A stretch of DNA of 64,000 nt from a bacterium (GCA_021815205.1 JAKAHD010000003.1:27239-91238); one strand, 5' to 3'; positions 1-10,353 are shown, counted from the stretch's first letter. Program-made: numbers and translations. Notes: generated by a model from the letters alone, not told the origin.

Positions 1-1
1 T

Positions 2-619
2 CTCCTCATTATCCCGGAGCGTTGTTGGGGAAAAGAGAAACTTCAAACACTTGGAGGATTTCTTGAAGTAAGGACCGCGCTCGCGATCCTTGAAGATATT
101 CTAAGGGAATATCGGAAGGATGGGACGATTATTCTCGGTGTCCATGTCGGCTACGCTGCGGGACAAAATACCGGGCATCTTCACTGGCATATTATCGAAT
201 TGCCACAGAAAAATCCGGATGACGTTACCGAAAAGAAAATACGAAAGTGCGCGAAAAATCCTTCTCTTCTCATACTCGATGACCGTGCAATCTCAGTAGT
301 CGCCGGAGGACAAAGGGGCGGCCAGTGTTTCTTTGTTCCAAAAGGAACCGAAAACACACTCCATGGTCTCGCGCTGAATCTTGTCGAGATTATACATATG
401 TACAACGATAAGTTCATGAGCACCGAGGGGCTCCCGCCGGAATACATGGTAGGGTTGAAATTCAGGAAAAGGGGGTTCATGTACGGGTTCTATATCCCTA
501 TCCTGAATCACCTCGGCTTTCCCGAATATTTTTCGCTCCTCGGCGAAGAACCAAGGTCAATCACTCTCCCGTGGCCGCACGAGAAAACGGTGGCCCATCT
601 AAAAGGGGCAGGGAGATAG
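2..619 (+). CDS. HIT-family protein, 5'-truncated by window edge
   Basis: Frame of the listed 200..619 ORF is open from position 2; upstream part reads GVHVGYAAGQNTGHLHWHIIE (HxHxHxx motif). Confidence 0.7.
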   Translation, partial: LLIIPERCWGKEKLQTLGGFLEVRTALAILEDILREYRKDGTIILGVHVGYAAGQNTGHLHWHIIELPQKNPDDVTEKKIRKCAKNPSLLILDDRAISVVAGGQRGGQCFFVPKGTENTLHGLALNLVEIIHMYNDKFMSTEGLPPEYMVGLKFRKRGFMYGFYIPILNHLGFPEYFSLLGEEPRSITLPWPHEKTVAHLKGAGR

Positions 620-906
620 AGATTTAAAAGAATCGAATAACAATTCGATTCTTTTTATTATTCCTCTTCACTCGAATATCTCCGTCGCGTGCGATGAGGA
701 TGAATCCCGTGAGAAGCTCACATGGGGGTAGGAAACCCCGCGTTCGCCACGGGATGAGGCATTCACCCCCCACGAAATGAGTGTGGGGGTTCATCCACGT
801 GGCACGCCACGGGGTTTCCTGCTTCTCACGGGATGAAGGGCGAAGGAGCACCCTTCCGTAGTCTGCTCGAGGCGGACGAAGGAGGGGGAGGAAAAGAGCA
901 AGGGAG

Positions 907-948
907 CAGACACGGGGTGCTATGCTATAGCATAGCACCCCGTGTCTG
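907..948. repeat. Perfect 42-bp palindrome (REP-like); 26-bp core repeated at 1092-1117
   Basis: CAGACACGGGGTGCTATGCTA/TAGCATAGCACCCCGTGTCTG. Confidence 0.9.
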
Positions 949-1230
949 TAGGAGTGGGGGTTATGTCCATGGGGGGAGGAGAATCTCGTGAACGTAAAGA
1001 TCCTTCTTCCGCCAAACAGCGATCTCAGGATGACGCGTAGCAAACGGGATTGGGATGACCACGAAAGAGATTGTGTTGGCAAGCGGGGTCTGGGTGCTAT
1101 GCTATAGCATAGCACCCCTCCGTGGAGAGATACTTCTCTCCCTACGGGAGATCAGAAAGACGGAAAAAAGTTTAGAGCAGAGTAAAAATGACGGAAAATA
1201 CAAACAGATTCAGGATGACGGGAACGACCG

Positions 1231-1764
1231 TCAACCGATAATTTCCTCAATTTCCGCAAGCGTAGCGCACACGAAGTCGGGGGTGCATTTTTTCAATTCC
1301 TCAATGTTGTATTTATTTTTCAAGAACACGGTCTTCGCACCGATCGCCTCCCCCGCCTTCATATCCTTATCGCTGTCGCCTATGAAAAACGACTGCGCGG
1401 GATCGATGTCGAACTCCTTGATTGCGCGGAGCATGAGCCCCGGCTTCGGTTTCCTGCATTCGCACCCGTCCCCTTCTTTGTGCGGGCAATAATATACTTC
1501 ATCAAGCGTCCCGCGGAGCAGTTCGCGCATCTTCCTGTGAATTTCATGGAGGGTTTCGAGTCGCATCAGCCCCTTTGCAATCTGCGCCTGGTTCGTGATC
1601 ACAAAAAGCTTGTACCCCCTCTTTTTCGCGGATTCGAGCAATTCGAGAATCCCGCTCATCACCTTGAACTCGTCCCAGCGCACGAGATACTCACCGCGCG
1701 GCAATGCCTCGCAGATTATTCCATCGCGGTCGAGAAATAATGCTTTATGTGTCGCTGCGCTCAT
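1231..1764 (-). CDS. gmhB: D-glycero-D-manno-heptose 1,7-bisphosphate phosphatase (HAD-IIIA)
   Basis: FLDRDG, ITNQ, YYCPH, CECRKPKPG, IGDSDKD motifs; heptose gene context. Confidence 0.9.
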   Translation of the reverse strand: MSAATHKALFLDRDGIICEALPRGEYLVRWDEFKVMSGILELLESAKKRGYKLFVITNQAQIAKGLMRLETLHEIHRKMRELLRGTLDEVYYCPHKEGDGCECRKPKPGLMLRAIKEFDIDPAQSFFIGDSDKDMKAGEAIGAKTVFLKNKYNIEELKKCTPDFVCATLAEIEEIIG

Positions 1765-1927
1765 GCTACGAAATACGAATTAAGTGCGAATATACGAATA
1801 ATGTCTTCTTCTGCCATCCTGAGCGGAGGAATAATCCTTTCAGTTCAGTATCAGTACACATCGGCCTCATCGGTATCAATCAGCGTCTTAGAGATCCTTC
1901 TCCGCCTACGGCGGATTCAGGATGACA
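1765..1927. repeat. Composite repeat: TACGAA tract plus TG(T/C)CATCCTGA...TCAGGATGACA inverted repeat with nested ATCAG/ATCGG tract and TCCGCC/GGCGGA hairpin
   Basis: Read directly; related arms at ~1027, ~1208 and 34128-34197. Confidence 0.75.
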
Positions 1928-1943
1928 ACCTTCTAATACGGGC

Positions 1944-2705
1944 TCACTCATAGAACGGGCTTTCCTTTAATTTTGTGAGATACCACTGCTTTGCAAACTC
2001 GTACTTCTCGGGTGTGCCGATATCCAAAATGTTCTCATTGGCGGGGTAGCCGAAAATCCGCTCGCCTTGCGCGACGAGTTTGTTTAAGACGTGAATATCG
2101 AGCCGCAAGGGCGTGTGCGCGGGAATGAAATCCAGGATTCTCTTCGAGAGCGCGTAGAGCCCGCTGTTCACGTACGTATGCTCGTGAAACTCGTGAATGT
2201 CGTGCGGGCGCACGTGCCACTCGAGAATCCGCTTCGTTTCGGGATCGATCTTCGCGATCTCTCCCGCCTGCGGGTTGTCGGAGCGCTTCAAGACGACTGT
2301 CGCAAGCGCGCGGTTTTTCTCATGCGCCTCGACCAGCTTCCGGAAATCGAAAAAGTAGAGCTCGTCGCCGTAAATGAAGATGAAGTTTTTGCTCAAGGAG
2401 TTCGCCGCTTTCTTGATCGCCCCTGCCGTCTCCATAAGTCCCTTTGATTCGTCGCTGTATTCGATTGAAACGCCGAAACGGCTGCCATCCCCGAAATATT
2501 CGGTAATTTTTTCGGGAAGGTAGTGGACGTTAATAATGAAATTCGTGAAACCTTGTCGTTTCAGGAAGAGGATTTCATGCAAAAGAAGCGGCTTATCCTT
2601 GTAAATCGGCACCATCACTTTCGGGACGGTGTTTGTGAGCGGCCGGAGCCGCGTCCCAAGCCCCGCCCCGAGGATAAGAACTTTGTAGTTAGAGTAATCC
2701 GTCAT
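1944..2705 (-). CDS. Sugar-1-phosphate nucleotidyltransferase (HddC-like heptose guanylyltransferase)
   Basis: ILGAGLGTRLRPLT..PK motif; lies between gmhA and gmhB; start taken at MTDYS. Confidence 0.8.
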   Translation of the reverse strand: MTDYSNYKVLILGAGLGTRLRPLTNTVPKVMVPIYKDKPLLLHEILFLKRQGFTNFIINVHYLPEKITEYFGDGSRFGVSIEYSDESKGLMETAGAIKKAANSLSKNFIFIYGDELYFFDFRKLVEAHEKNRALATVVLKRSDNPQAGEIAKIDPETKRILEWHVRPHDIHEFHEHTYVNSGLYALSKRILDFIPAHTPLRLDIHVLNKLVAQGERIFGYPANENILDIGTPEKYEFAKQWYLTKLKESPFYE

Positions 2706-2757
2706 AAATAACTCTCTTCTAAAACCGCGCAATGAAATTCCGGTCTTTCAAACACAA

Positions 2758-2835
2758 GAAGCTGGGTAAGGTAAAAAGTGGGTAAGACTGGGGCTAGCGC
2801 CCCGGAGCGCACACTTTCTTACCTTACCCAGCTTC
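2758..2835. repeat. Long hairpin carrying conserved 31-nt loop (copy 1)
   Basis: Arms 2758-2780 and 2812-2835; loop 29/31 identical to 50403-50433. Confidence 0.85.
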
Positions 2836-2850
2836 ATAATCCAGGGAAAA

Positions 2851-3459
2851 TTAATCCGCGCGGCCCCTCCTCTCCATCACGTGATTGAAGTAGTCCTTAA
2901 AATACTCCGTCATGAGGTGCAGGATCACGCCGTGCACACCCTCAACGATCCCGTACCTTCCCTTCTCGGTCGGCACGAAGATCTTCACATCCGCAAGCTC
3001 GTTTAATTTTCCCCCATCGAACCCCGAGACGCCGATCACGGGCACCTCGCACGACTTCGCATATTCCACGGCCTTCAAAATATTTACCGAGTTCCCGGAA
3101 CTCGAAATCGCGATGATCGCGTCTCCCTCCCGCATATAGTTCTGAAGCGGCCCCAGAAACACCATATCAAACCCCTCGTCGTTCGCCCACGCCGTGAGCT
3201 CGGACTCGGTCGTCGGGAGCCGGATCGCCTGGAAGCGTTTCACCTGCTTTCCGAGATGATGGCTGAAGACCGTTTTATTGAAATCGCTCACCCAATGAGT
3301 CGCCATCGCGAGCGATCCTCCGTTTCCGAACACATAAATCCGACCGTCACGCTCATAGACGGCCTGCAATACATTAAAGGCCTTCGCAATCTCCTTGATC
3401 GGAAGATTGTGTATTGATTCATCCGTTCGCGCGAGAAATTGTTTGATATATTCTTCCAT
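2851..3459 (-). CDS. gmhA: Phosphoheptose isomerase (SIS domain)
   Basis: FGNGGS, TAWAND, ISSSGNS motifs. Confidence 0.85.
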   Translation of the reverse strand: MEEYIKQFLARTDESIHNLPIKEIAKAFNVLQAVYERDGRIYVFGNGGSLAMATHWVSDFNKTVFSHHLGKQVKRFQAIRLPTTESELTAWANDEGFDMVFLGPLQNYMREGDAIIAISSSGNSVNILKAVEYAKSCEVPVIGVSGFDGGKLNELADVKIFVPTEKGRYGIVEGVHGVILHLMTEYFKDYFNHVMERRGRAD

Positions 3460-3463
3460 AATT

Positions 3464-4483
3464 TTAGAATCCGTTTTGATAATGATTGTTCAAAAGGATA
3501 TCGGTTCCCGTATGAGTAAAGTGGATGGGAAGCTCTCTCCCCTCGGGGAGTTCATGCTCCTTAAAGAACGTCTGCATCCTTTCGCGGATCTTTCCCTGCG
3601 CGGGGGGCGGCGCGATAAACATCACGCATCCGCCGCCGCCCGCCCCAAGAATTTTTCCTCCCCACGCGCCGGCGCCGAGTCCCGCGTTATAGATTTCGTC
3701 CACAAGCATATTCGGCGCGCTCGACGACAAGCTCTTTTTCCGCGCCCATCCTTCGTGGAGCATCTTTGCTATCCCCTTTATGTCTCCCGCGAGGAGCCGC
3801 TCGTTGAACTCGAAGACAGAATCCGCCATCTGTATATAGGTTTCAAAATTTTTATCAATCTTCGATTTTTGATCCGAAAGCACGCTCGATGCGGGGCGCG
3901 TGATGCCCGTATAGAAAAGAAGGATGTGATCCTCAAACTCGAGCTTCTTCTTGTAATCGAGAAGGATTGATTCCACATCGACGGAATCGTCGGGATTGAA
4001 CTGAAAGATATTGAACCCGCCGAACGAGGCCGCGTACTGATCCTGCTTCCCGATCGGCTCGCCCAAGAGCTCAATCTCGAGACGGGACGCCGCCTCCGCC
4101 GCCTCTTCCCTGCTTAATGTCTTTCCAAGATACGCATTGAGGCCTTTCATGAGCGCCACGGCGAAACTCGAGGAAGAGCCGAGGCCCGTTTTCGCCGGAA
4201 GATCGGCAAACGATCCGATCTCGATGCCGCTCTTCGTGATGTCGAGATCAAGGAGCGCCGCCCTCACGCGGGTATGCTGAATGTCCTTCGGATGGTCCAC
4301 AAGCTCCGTTTTTTGGTACTTCACCATGAACTTATCAACCAAAGGCGTGGGATTCACGAGTACATAAATATACTTGTCAATCGTCGCCGAAAGCACCCGC
4401 CCCGGGGAACGATGATAGAAATCGGGGAGATCGGTTCCTCCTCCCACAAAGCTCATGCGTAACGGCGCGCGAATCATTATCAT
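3464..4483 (-). CDS. hddA: GHMP kinase, D-glycero-alpha-D-manno-heptose 7-phosphate kinase
   Basis: RAPLRMSFVGGGTD, GLGSSS, GKQDQY, GAGGGG motifs. Confidence 0.85.
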   Translation of the reverse strand: MIMIRAPLRMSFVGGGTDLPDFYHRSPGRVLSATIDKYIYVLVNPTPLVDKFMVKYQKTELVDHPKDIQHTRVRAALLDLDITKSGIEIGSFADLPAKTGLGSSSSFAVALMKGLNAYLGKTLSREEAAEAASRLEIELLGEPIGKQDQYAASFGGFNIFQFNPDDSVDVESILLDYKKKLEFEDHILLFYTGITRPASSVLSDQKSKIDKNFETYIQMADSVFEFNERLLAGDIKGIAKMLHEGWARKKSLSSSAPNMLVDEIYNAGLGAGAWGGKILGAGGGGCVMFIAPPPAQGKIRERMQTFFKEHELPEGRELPIHFTHTGTDILLNNHYQNGF

Positions 4484-4489
4484 AATATA

Positions 4490-4518
4490 ACTCTATGTGA
4501 AACGAGCAGTAAGGTCAA
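4490..4518 (-). promoter_or_regulatory. Putative sigma70 promoter giving a leaderless hddA mRNA
   Basis: TTGACC-17 nt-TAGAGT, then 6 nt to the ATG at 4483. Confidence 0.45.
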
Positions 4519-4683
4519 TTGATATGAGAAATTTGCCCCTACAAAGCAGAGGAATTTAAACGCTGATTTATACTGATAAGGCTGATGTGTGCCGATAACG
4601 AAGATACTTCTCCGCCGAAGGCATATCAGCATGAATCAGCTATACTCCCAAACCTAATCATGGGTGGGAGGTAAATCGGCGCC

Positions 4684-5511
4684 TTAGAAGACCTTCCGTT
4701 TCAAGTGAGAGAGCGATGAATGCAATCCTCTACGGATAAAGAGCGGCAAGAACGAATACCAGTATGCGCCGAGATTCAAAAGATATGCAAAAATAAAATT
4801 CGGATATTCCCGTTTATGCCGCTTCAAAAACTCGAGAATCATCTTCCCTTGTGCGCGCTGATAGGTGAATGACTTATTCTGCCCCGCGAGCATATAGACC
4901 GCGAGGTATTCGGGAATATTATAGAGCTTTCCCTTCGTGCCCATCTTGAGCCATAAGTCCCAGTCCTCCGCAAAACGCCACGGCCCGTACCCGCCGACTT
5001 CGAGCGCGATATTCTTCCGGAACATCACCGTCGTGTGGGAAAAAGGATTTGCAAAAAGCGCGTGCCGTCTGATTTCGCCGTCATGTTCGCGCTTCAGATA
5101 CCTGAAAAGTTCCATTCCTTCCCCATTTATCACGATCACGCCACTTCCCACTACCATGAATGCGGGACGCGCATCAAGAAACTCAACTTGTTTTTTAAGC
5201 TTGTCTTTGCTGCACCAATAATCATCATCATCAAGCCGCGCGATATACTCTCCTTGAGCAAACTCCAGTCCTTTGTTCAATGTTTTCGAGATGTCGGGGT
5301 ACAAGTTTTCCGCGTTCGTGATGACCCGGATGCGCGCGTCCTTTTCCTGCCACTCTTTTAATATCTTTGGCGTCTCATCGGTCGAAGCATCGTCCACAAT
5401 AATAAGCTCCCAATCTTGAAATGACTGATCAAGCACGCTCTGAATCGCGCGCCCCAGAAGCTTCGCGCGATTGCAGGTCGGCATGAGAACGCTCACCTTT
5501 ACGTTCGTCAT
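4684..5511 (-). CDS. Glycosyltransferase family 2
   Basis: VSVLMPTCN, IVDDASTD, LDDDD, AEDWDLW. Confidence 0.9.
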   Translation of the reverse strand: MTNVKVSVLMPTCNRAKLLGRAIQSVLDQSFQDWELIIVDDASTDETPKILKEWQEKDARIRVITNAENLYPDISKTLNKGLEFAQGEYIARLDDDDYWCSKDKLKKQVEFLDARPAFMVVGSGVIVINGEGMELFRYLKREHDGEIRRHALFANPFSHTTVMFRKNIALEVGGYGPWRFAEDWDLWLKMGTKGKLYNIPEYLAVYMLAGQNKSFTYQRAQGKMILEFLKRHKREYPNFIFAYLLNLGAYWYSFLPLFIRRGLHSSLSHLKRKVF

Positions 5512-6479
5512 ACGTTTTTGAAAACAAGAAGATGTTTCAGACGATAATACCACCGTAAGAGCGCGGGGAAAAAAGAAGCGGGAATGATAAGAATAATAAG
5601 ATCGAGGATAAAGAAAAACGGCGCGCTCGGCGGATAGGCGCGGAAGGCGCGCCGCGCGAGAAGACGCGCATTTTCCTTGTCTCCGTTTGCAAGATACGCC
5701 GCCGAGGTTTTAAACCCATACACCGAGCGATAATAATCGAGTTTGGACGCACGCCGCGCGCGTTTTTCCATCTTCTCCGCGAGGCGATCAAGGATCTGAA
5801 GATTGGTAAGCTTCACCGCGGGCTGACTCTTCGCATCTTGAAGATTCCCGCTCTTCCGCATACGCAACTTCCCAAGTATCTCGGGGAGAAAACAGATCAC
5901 TCCTCCGGCAGACGCGACCCTGATCCAAAACTCCAGATCCTCGGAGCGGCGCATCGTCTCGTCGAAATATCCGAAACGATCAAACGCGCTTCTCCGTAAC
6001 ACAACCGCAAGCGGCGCAATAAAGTTTCCTTGTATAAGGTGAGGCAATACCTTATCTCCTGAATAATATTTATACTGCAGTTTCAGAAGATGATTCGGTT
6101 CGTCCTCGTAAAAATGATAGAGATCGCAGTACGAGATATCGCATTCGGGATGCGACTCAAGATGTTCAATCTGTTTTTCCATCTTTTCTGGGAGAAAGAA
6201 ATCGTCCGCATCGAGAAGCGCGATGTAGCTTCCCTTCGCTTCTCTGATAGCCGTATTTCTCGCTCCGGAAAGACCTTTATTCGCTTGGATTATGTATTTG
6301 ACTTTCCCGGATTGAATATACGGCGCAAGCACCTCTTTCGTATTGTCCGTCGATCCGTCGTCGATCACGATAACCTCCTTGTTGCCATAGGTCTGCGCAA
6401 GTGCGGATTCGACGGCGTCCGCCACATAGCGGGCGGCGTTGTAGGATGGTATGATTATCGAAACGAGAGGTTGTTCCAT
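5508..6479 (-). CDS. Glycosyltransferase family 2
   Basis: VSIIIPSYN, IDDGSTD, LDADD, SEDLEFW. Confidence 0.9.
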   Translation of the reverse strand: MEQPLVSIIIPSYNAARYVADAVESALAQTYGNKEVIVIDDGSTDNTKEVLAPYIQSGKVKYIIQANKGLSGARNTAIREAKGSYIALLDADDFFLPEKMEKQIEHLESHPECDISYCDLYHFYEDEPNHLLKLQYKYYSGDKVLPHLIQGNFIAPLAVVLRRSAFDRFGYFDETMRRSEDLEFWIRVASAGGVICFLPEILGKLRMRKSGNLQDAKSQPAVKLTNLQILDRLAEKMEKRARRASKLDYYRSVYGFKTSAAYLANGDKENARLLARRAFRAYPPSAPFFFILDLIILIIPASFFPALLRWYYRLKHLLVFKNV

Positions 6480-6517
6480 TGCGAATACAAGGTTGATAGT
6501 ACCACATCATTTCTCAC

Positions 6518-7822
6518 ATGCAACGCGCCGCAAAATTGTTCGTGCTCTTAGGAATCGGGAGTTTATTTTTTAGACGAGGGATTATAAAACCCTACACGCT
6601 CCAACCCTTTGAATTCTTTATCCTCCTTGCGGGCATCACGCTCGCACTCTTTTTTATTTTTCATAAAGAAAAGTGGGAAGAACTCAAGGCGCTCTCCGGC
6701 TGGTTCCTGTTTTTTCTCGCGATGGCGCTCTTCGCCGCAGCGGGAACGATAAACGGTTACCGCCTTTACGGTCTGGACGAGACGATACAGAAAGCAATCT
6801 TGATTGATTTCTTCTATATCGCAATAGGCGCCCTTGCATTCTTCCTTGTGTTTTACTTTTCGAGAGAAGCGCGTTTCAGAAAACACGCGGTGCTCACATT
6901 CCTCTCTCCGATAATTTTCACTCCGTTCTTGCTCTCTCGCTATCTTGCGGACAAGCTGGGATTCACCGAGGGGAGAACCCACTTCTGGGGTCTCACGACA
7001 AATCCGTCAGAGTTCGCTCTTCTATCGCTCTTTTCTTTAAGTATACTCGTTTTCCTTATACTAAAAGAAAAGAGAACTCTTATAAGAGTGTTCTTGTGGA
7101 TACTCATCGTTTTCTTAGTCGCGCTTATACTTTGGTCGGGATCAAGGACAGCGTGGGCCTCAATAGTTGCAGTGGCATTATTTGTAGGACTCTTTATCTT
7201 CTCAAAACATTATCCCAAAAACTGGAAGTCCGGTATCGGAAGAATTTTTCTGTATATCTTAGTTTCCATACTTACCGTAACCGCTTCATTTTTTATACTC
7301 CCCCATCGGGAGAAAATTATGGTGCTCGACAGGGTTTTTCCTCAAATAACAAACTACGATCCGACATTTTTCCGATTAGACGAGTTGGCGCTGGGAGATG
7401 CCATGTATAGCGTGATAAAAAGTGACGCGATTCAATTCCCCTACCAAAATAGGCAACGCATATGGCCTCAAGCGTTACATCTCGCTTTGAGCCACCCACT
7501 CTTAGGGCTAGGAGTTACTTACGACATATCGTCAAATAAAATAAGAGATGGGGCAGAGGTTGTAGGAGCCCATAATACTTTTCTGGAGGCCTTGCTTACG
7601 GGAGGTGTCGGACTTTTCTTGCTCCTTCTCTTGTTCTACGCAAAAGTATTGCGCCAATTAGAGACTTTAGAAAGGGATTATCAATTCGTTGGGCTCGTTT
7701 CGATGGTAACGAGTATTTTTTTATTTTCTCTTTTTGGAGATTATCTTTTCGCGCTCCCCTGGATGTGGGTCCCTTTTGCGCTCCTCTTTGGGAAGGGCGG
7801 CACAGAGCCCTCAAAGCTCTAG
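6518..7822 (+). CDS. O-antigen ligase/polymerase-family membrane protein
   Basis: Many TM segments; SGSRTAW and GAHNTFLE motifs. Confidence 0.8.
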   Translation: MQRAAKLFVLLGIGSLFFRRGIIKPYTLQPFEFFILLAGITLALFFIFHKEKWEELKALSGWFLFFLAMALFAAAGTINGYRLYGLDETIQKAILIDFFYIAIGALAFFLVFYFSREARFRKHAVLTFLSPIIFTPFLLSRYLADKLGFTEGRTHFWGLTTNPSEFALLSLFSLSILVFLILKEKRTLIRVFLWILIVFLVALILWSGSRTAWASIVAVALFVGLFIFSKHYPKNWKSGIGRIFLYILVSILTVTASFFILPHREKIMVLDRVFPQITNYDPTFFRLDELALGDAMYSVIKSDAIQFPYQNRQRIWPQALHLALSHPLLGLGVTYDISSNKIRDGAEVVGAHNTFLEALLTGGVGLFLLLLLFYAKVLRQLETLERDYQFVGLVSMVTSIFLFSLFGDYLFALPWMWVPFALLFGKGGTEPSKL

Positions 7823-8848
7823 TATTTTAAAGATGTCAGAAAATCTTCTCTCATAAGTGTGGTCGCGTAAAGTTCGTTCGTAACCACGGAGGGTTATGTT
7901 TTCTCTTTCTTCGTTATGCTGAAGGTAGTATTGAATCTTCACGATAAGATCTTCAAGGTCCTCGTAGATCACACACTCTTCTCCCGGTTTATAATATTCC
8001 GCGAGAGTATCCGCAATCTGCGTAAAAAGCAACGATCTGCACGCGGGAATTTCGAATATCCTCGCCTTAATCTGGGGAATGCTCTTTTGCCGCCACTCGC
8101 GCACATTATCAAAAAAATTCCAAAAATCGGGGACGATCCACCTCCCGGACCTCTTAAAGAAAAATCGTATTAATGGTTTTATTCCTATATATGCGGATGA
8201 TGGGTTGAGACCCAAACTTATTTTGCTTCTTCCGATGATTTCAACGAGTTCCTTTTGTTGTATGCGCCCATTTTTCCATCCGTTTCCATACACTTCGATG
8301 CGTATTCCGTGCTCTAATAACACCCGAATAACCCTCCCCCTTTCTTTATTCCAACTCCCCACAAAGCTTACGTCAATATCTTTGCTCTTCAAGGATGGCT
8401 TATAGGTACTCGTATTCGCGGCCCACTGCGAATGAATGACGTTCTGTATGCCGATTTCTTTATACTTCTCAACCGCCTTCGAATATGTTGTTACGACCCA
8501 TGAAAAGTGCGGGGCGTAGTATTTCGAATAGTTATCGAACCGCCAGTGATCGTCCGGAAACCACGCGACGCTCTTCGTAATGTTTTTTATCGCATCCAGC
8601 GTTTTTGTATCAAGCTCGTCGGTATACATAAAGGCAAAGAAGAGATCGGGCTTTTCATGGCGCACTGCCTCAAGGAGCTCCTGATTCATCTTTTCCTTCC
8701 CTACGTCGAGCATCCTTTCATACGGGAAGTAGAGCACCTCAGCTCCGGGGAAACGCGTGAGTGACTCATAAAAATTACTATGCTCAAAACTCAACCCTCG
8801 GGAGGGATTCATCTTATCGAATTGAAGAGCGGAATATACAATCTTCAT
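7811..8848 (-). CDS. CgeB-like glycosyltransferase
   Basis: WFPDD, DVSFVGS, KARIFEIPAC, HTYERR. Confidence 0.8.
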   Translation of the reverse strand: MKIVYSALQFDKMNPSRGLSFEHSNFYESLTRFPGAEVLYFPYERMLDVGKEKMNQELLEAVRHEKPDLFFAFMYTDELDTKTLDAIKNITKSVAWFPDDHWRFDNYSKYYAPHFSWVVTTYSKAVEKYKEIGIQNVIHSQWAANTSTYKPSLKSKDIDVSFVGSWNKERGRVIRVLLEHGIRIEVYGNGWKNGRIQQKELVEIIGRSKISLGLNPSSAYIGIKPLIRFFFKRSGRWIVPDFWNFFDNVREWRQKSIPQIKARIFEIPACRSLLFTQIADTLAEYYKPGEECVIYEDLEDLIVKIQYYLQHNEERENITLRGYERTLRDHTYERRFSDIFKILEL

Positions 8849-9558
8849 TGTTTCACTGCGCGCACAAAATACTCAAAACAAAGCAGTTCGCTTGACTTCT
8901 TATCGTGCGTACGCATCACACGGAGAAGAAAAAGCGCAGGCAGAACAAACATCCAAAGCGCTTTTGCGAGAGCGCTTCCTGAATATTGCTCGGCGATTGT
9001 CGGGAGTGTAATGAGCGCTTGGGATATCGAATCAAAATAGTCTCCGCTCGGAATAATCTGTGTTATGGTAAAACCAAGACGGCCAAGGTGCGTCTCATAG
9101 AAATACTTATTGAATCCCGTACAGAAGTGAAACGGAGAGAAATGAGTCATACTCACAAAGGGCGCGGAGAGAATAAGAACGCCTTTTTTCTTAAGGACCC
9201 TTGCAAATTCTTCAAGCGCTTTCACGGGATCAGGGACGTGCTCCAAAACCTCAGTACAAAGAACCGCGTCAAAAGAAGCATCGGGCACCGGTATCGCGGT
9301 TATATCGGATATGATATCAATCTTCGTTTGGTCCCATGCGCCGGTTTGTAACCCAACGCCATTTCCTTTCCCGTCATATCGCGCAAAATCTTGCGAGACA
9401 TACACTAAATGACTACACTCTTTCTTGAACGGACATTCACCCGCGCCGGCGTCGAGAATCCTTAATCCTCTGGGAAGTTTTCTCAATTCACTCGAGATCC
9501 ATGCAATCCTCGAATCTTCGTCCCTCGACGCAATTTTTAGTATTTTACCCTTGAGCAT
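8845..9558 (-). CDS. Class I SAM-dependent methyltransferase
   Basis: ILDAGAG, FDAVLCTEVLEHVPDP. Confidence 0.85.
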   Translation of the reverse strand: MLKGKILKIASRDEDSRIAWISSELRKLPRGLRILDAGAGECPFKKECSHLVYVSQDFARYDGKGNGVGLQTGAWDQTKIDIISDITAIPVPDASFDAVLCTEVLEHVPDPVKALEEFARVLKKKGVLILSAPFVSMTHFSPFHFCTGFNKYFYETHLGRLGFTITQIIPSGDYFDSISQALITLPTIAEQYSGSALAKALWMFVLPALFLLRVMRTHDKKSSELLCFEYFVRAVKQ

Positions 9559-9579
9559 ATTGGAAGGCGTTCCCCTGGG

Positions 9580-10353
9580 CTATCGCTTTTTCATAAACCA
9601 AAAACAACCACACCCATAATTCTCACGATCCGCCTGTGCACGAGTTGCGTGAGTAATGATGCCAATTCCGTTTTCCGAGAACTCAGGAATAAGCGAAAAT
9701 TCCTTTAACTCCAAATCGGAGAAATACTCCATAATTTGGCTAAAAGAATAGATGCGATGGGCGTTAAACATAACTTTTGGTTTCCCCACCGGCGTTACAA
9801 AGAGGAGCGATCCCCCAGGCGCAAGAACCCTTTTTAGTTCTTGTATCGCTTTCAGATCACCGTCGGGATCAATTGGGTCGCCGTAACGGCCGAGCCCCAC
9901 ATGTTCTACGGTATGCATACAAGAAAGGGAGCTCACTTCCCCGTCACGGAAGGGGAGCTTCATTAAATCTCCCGGAAGAACTTCGAGATTCGGCAACTCA
10001 AGAAGCGGCGGCCGATAATCATAAAATCTCACCGGGACAAATGCCGATATGATCGTGCAGAAATATAGACTGGACGCCACGTCCACATGCATCGAGGGAT
10101 GTATCTCCCTCACCTTCCGCGCGGCCCACGCGGTGTGGTACACATAATGTCGATCAAAACTCGTGGTCTTTGTTTTTTCGCGCACCTGCGGATACAAGTC
10201 CTTCCATAATGCCGTAAAGCGCGGGTTGCGCGCGCTCATCTTTCTAAACGCAAAGTAATCCGAGAGAATCAAAGCACGTGAGGCATAGTTGATTCCCACA
10301 TTCAAGAATCGATTTAATTTTTTGAGCATCTTCCTCATATACGGACTGTTCAC
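9580..10353 (-). CDS. DUF268-like methyltransferase-fold protein
   Basis: HVDVAS, SCMHTVEHVGLGRYGDPIDPDGD, FNAHRIY. Confidence 0.75.
   Translation of the reverse strand: MNSPYMRKMLKKLNRFLNVGINYASRALILSDYFAFRKMSARNPRFTALWKDLYPQVREKTKTTSFDRHYVYHTAWAARKVREIHPSMHVDVASSLYFCTIISAFVPVRFYDYRPPLLELPNLEVLPGDLMKLPFRDGEVSSLSCMHTVEHVGLGRYGDPIDPDGDLKAIQELKRVLAPGGSLLFVTPVGKPKVMFNAHRIYSFSQIMEYFSDLELKEFSLIPEFSENGIGIITHATRAQADRENYGCGCFWFMKKR

Noticed and set aside
624-1492. ORFs 624..1115 and 1055..1492
   Set aside because: They run through palindromic repeats or antisense to gmhB, with no recognisable protein features
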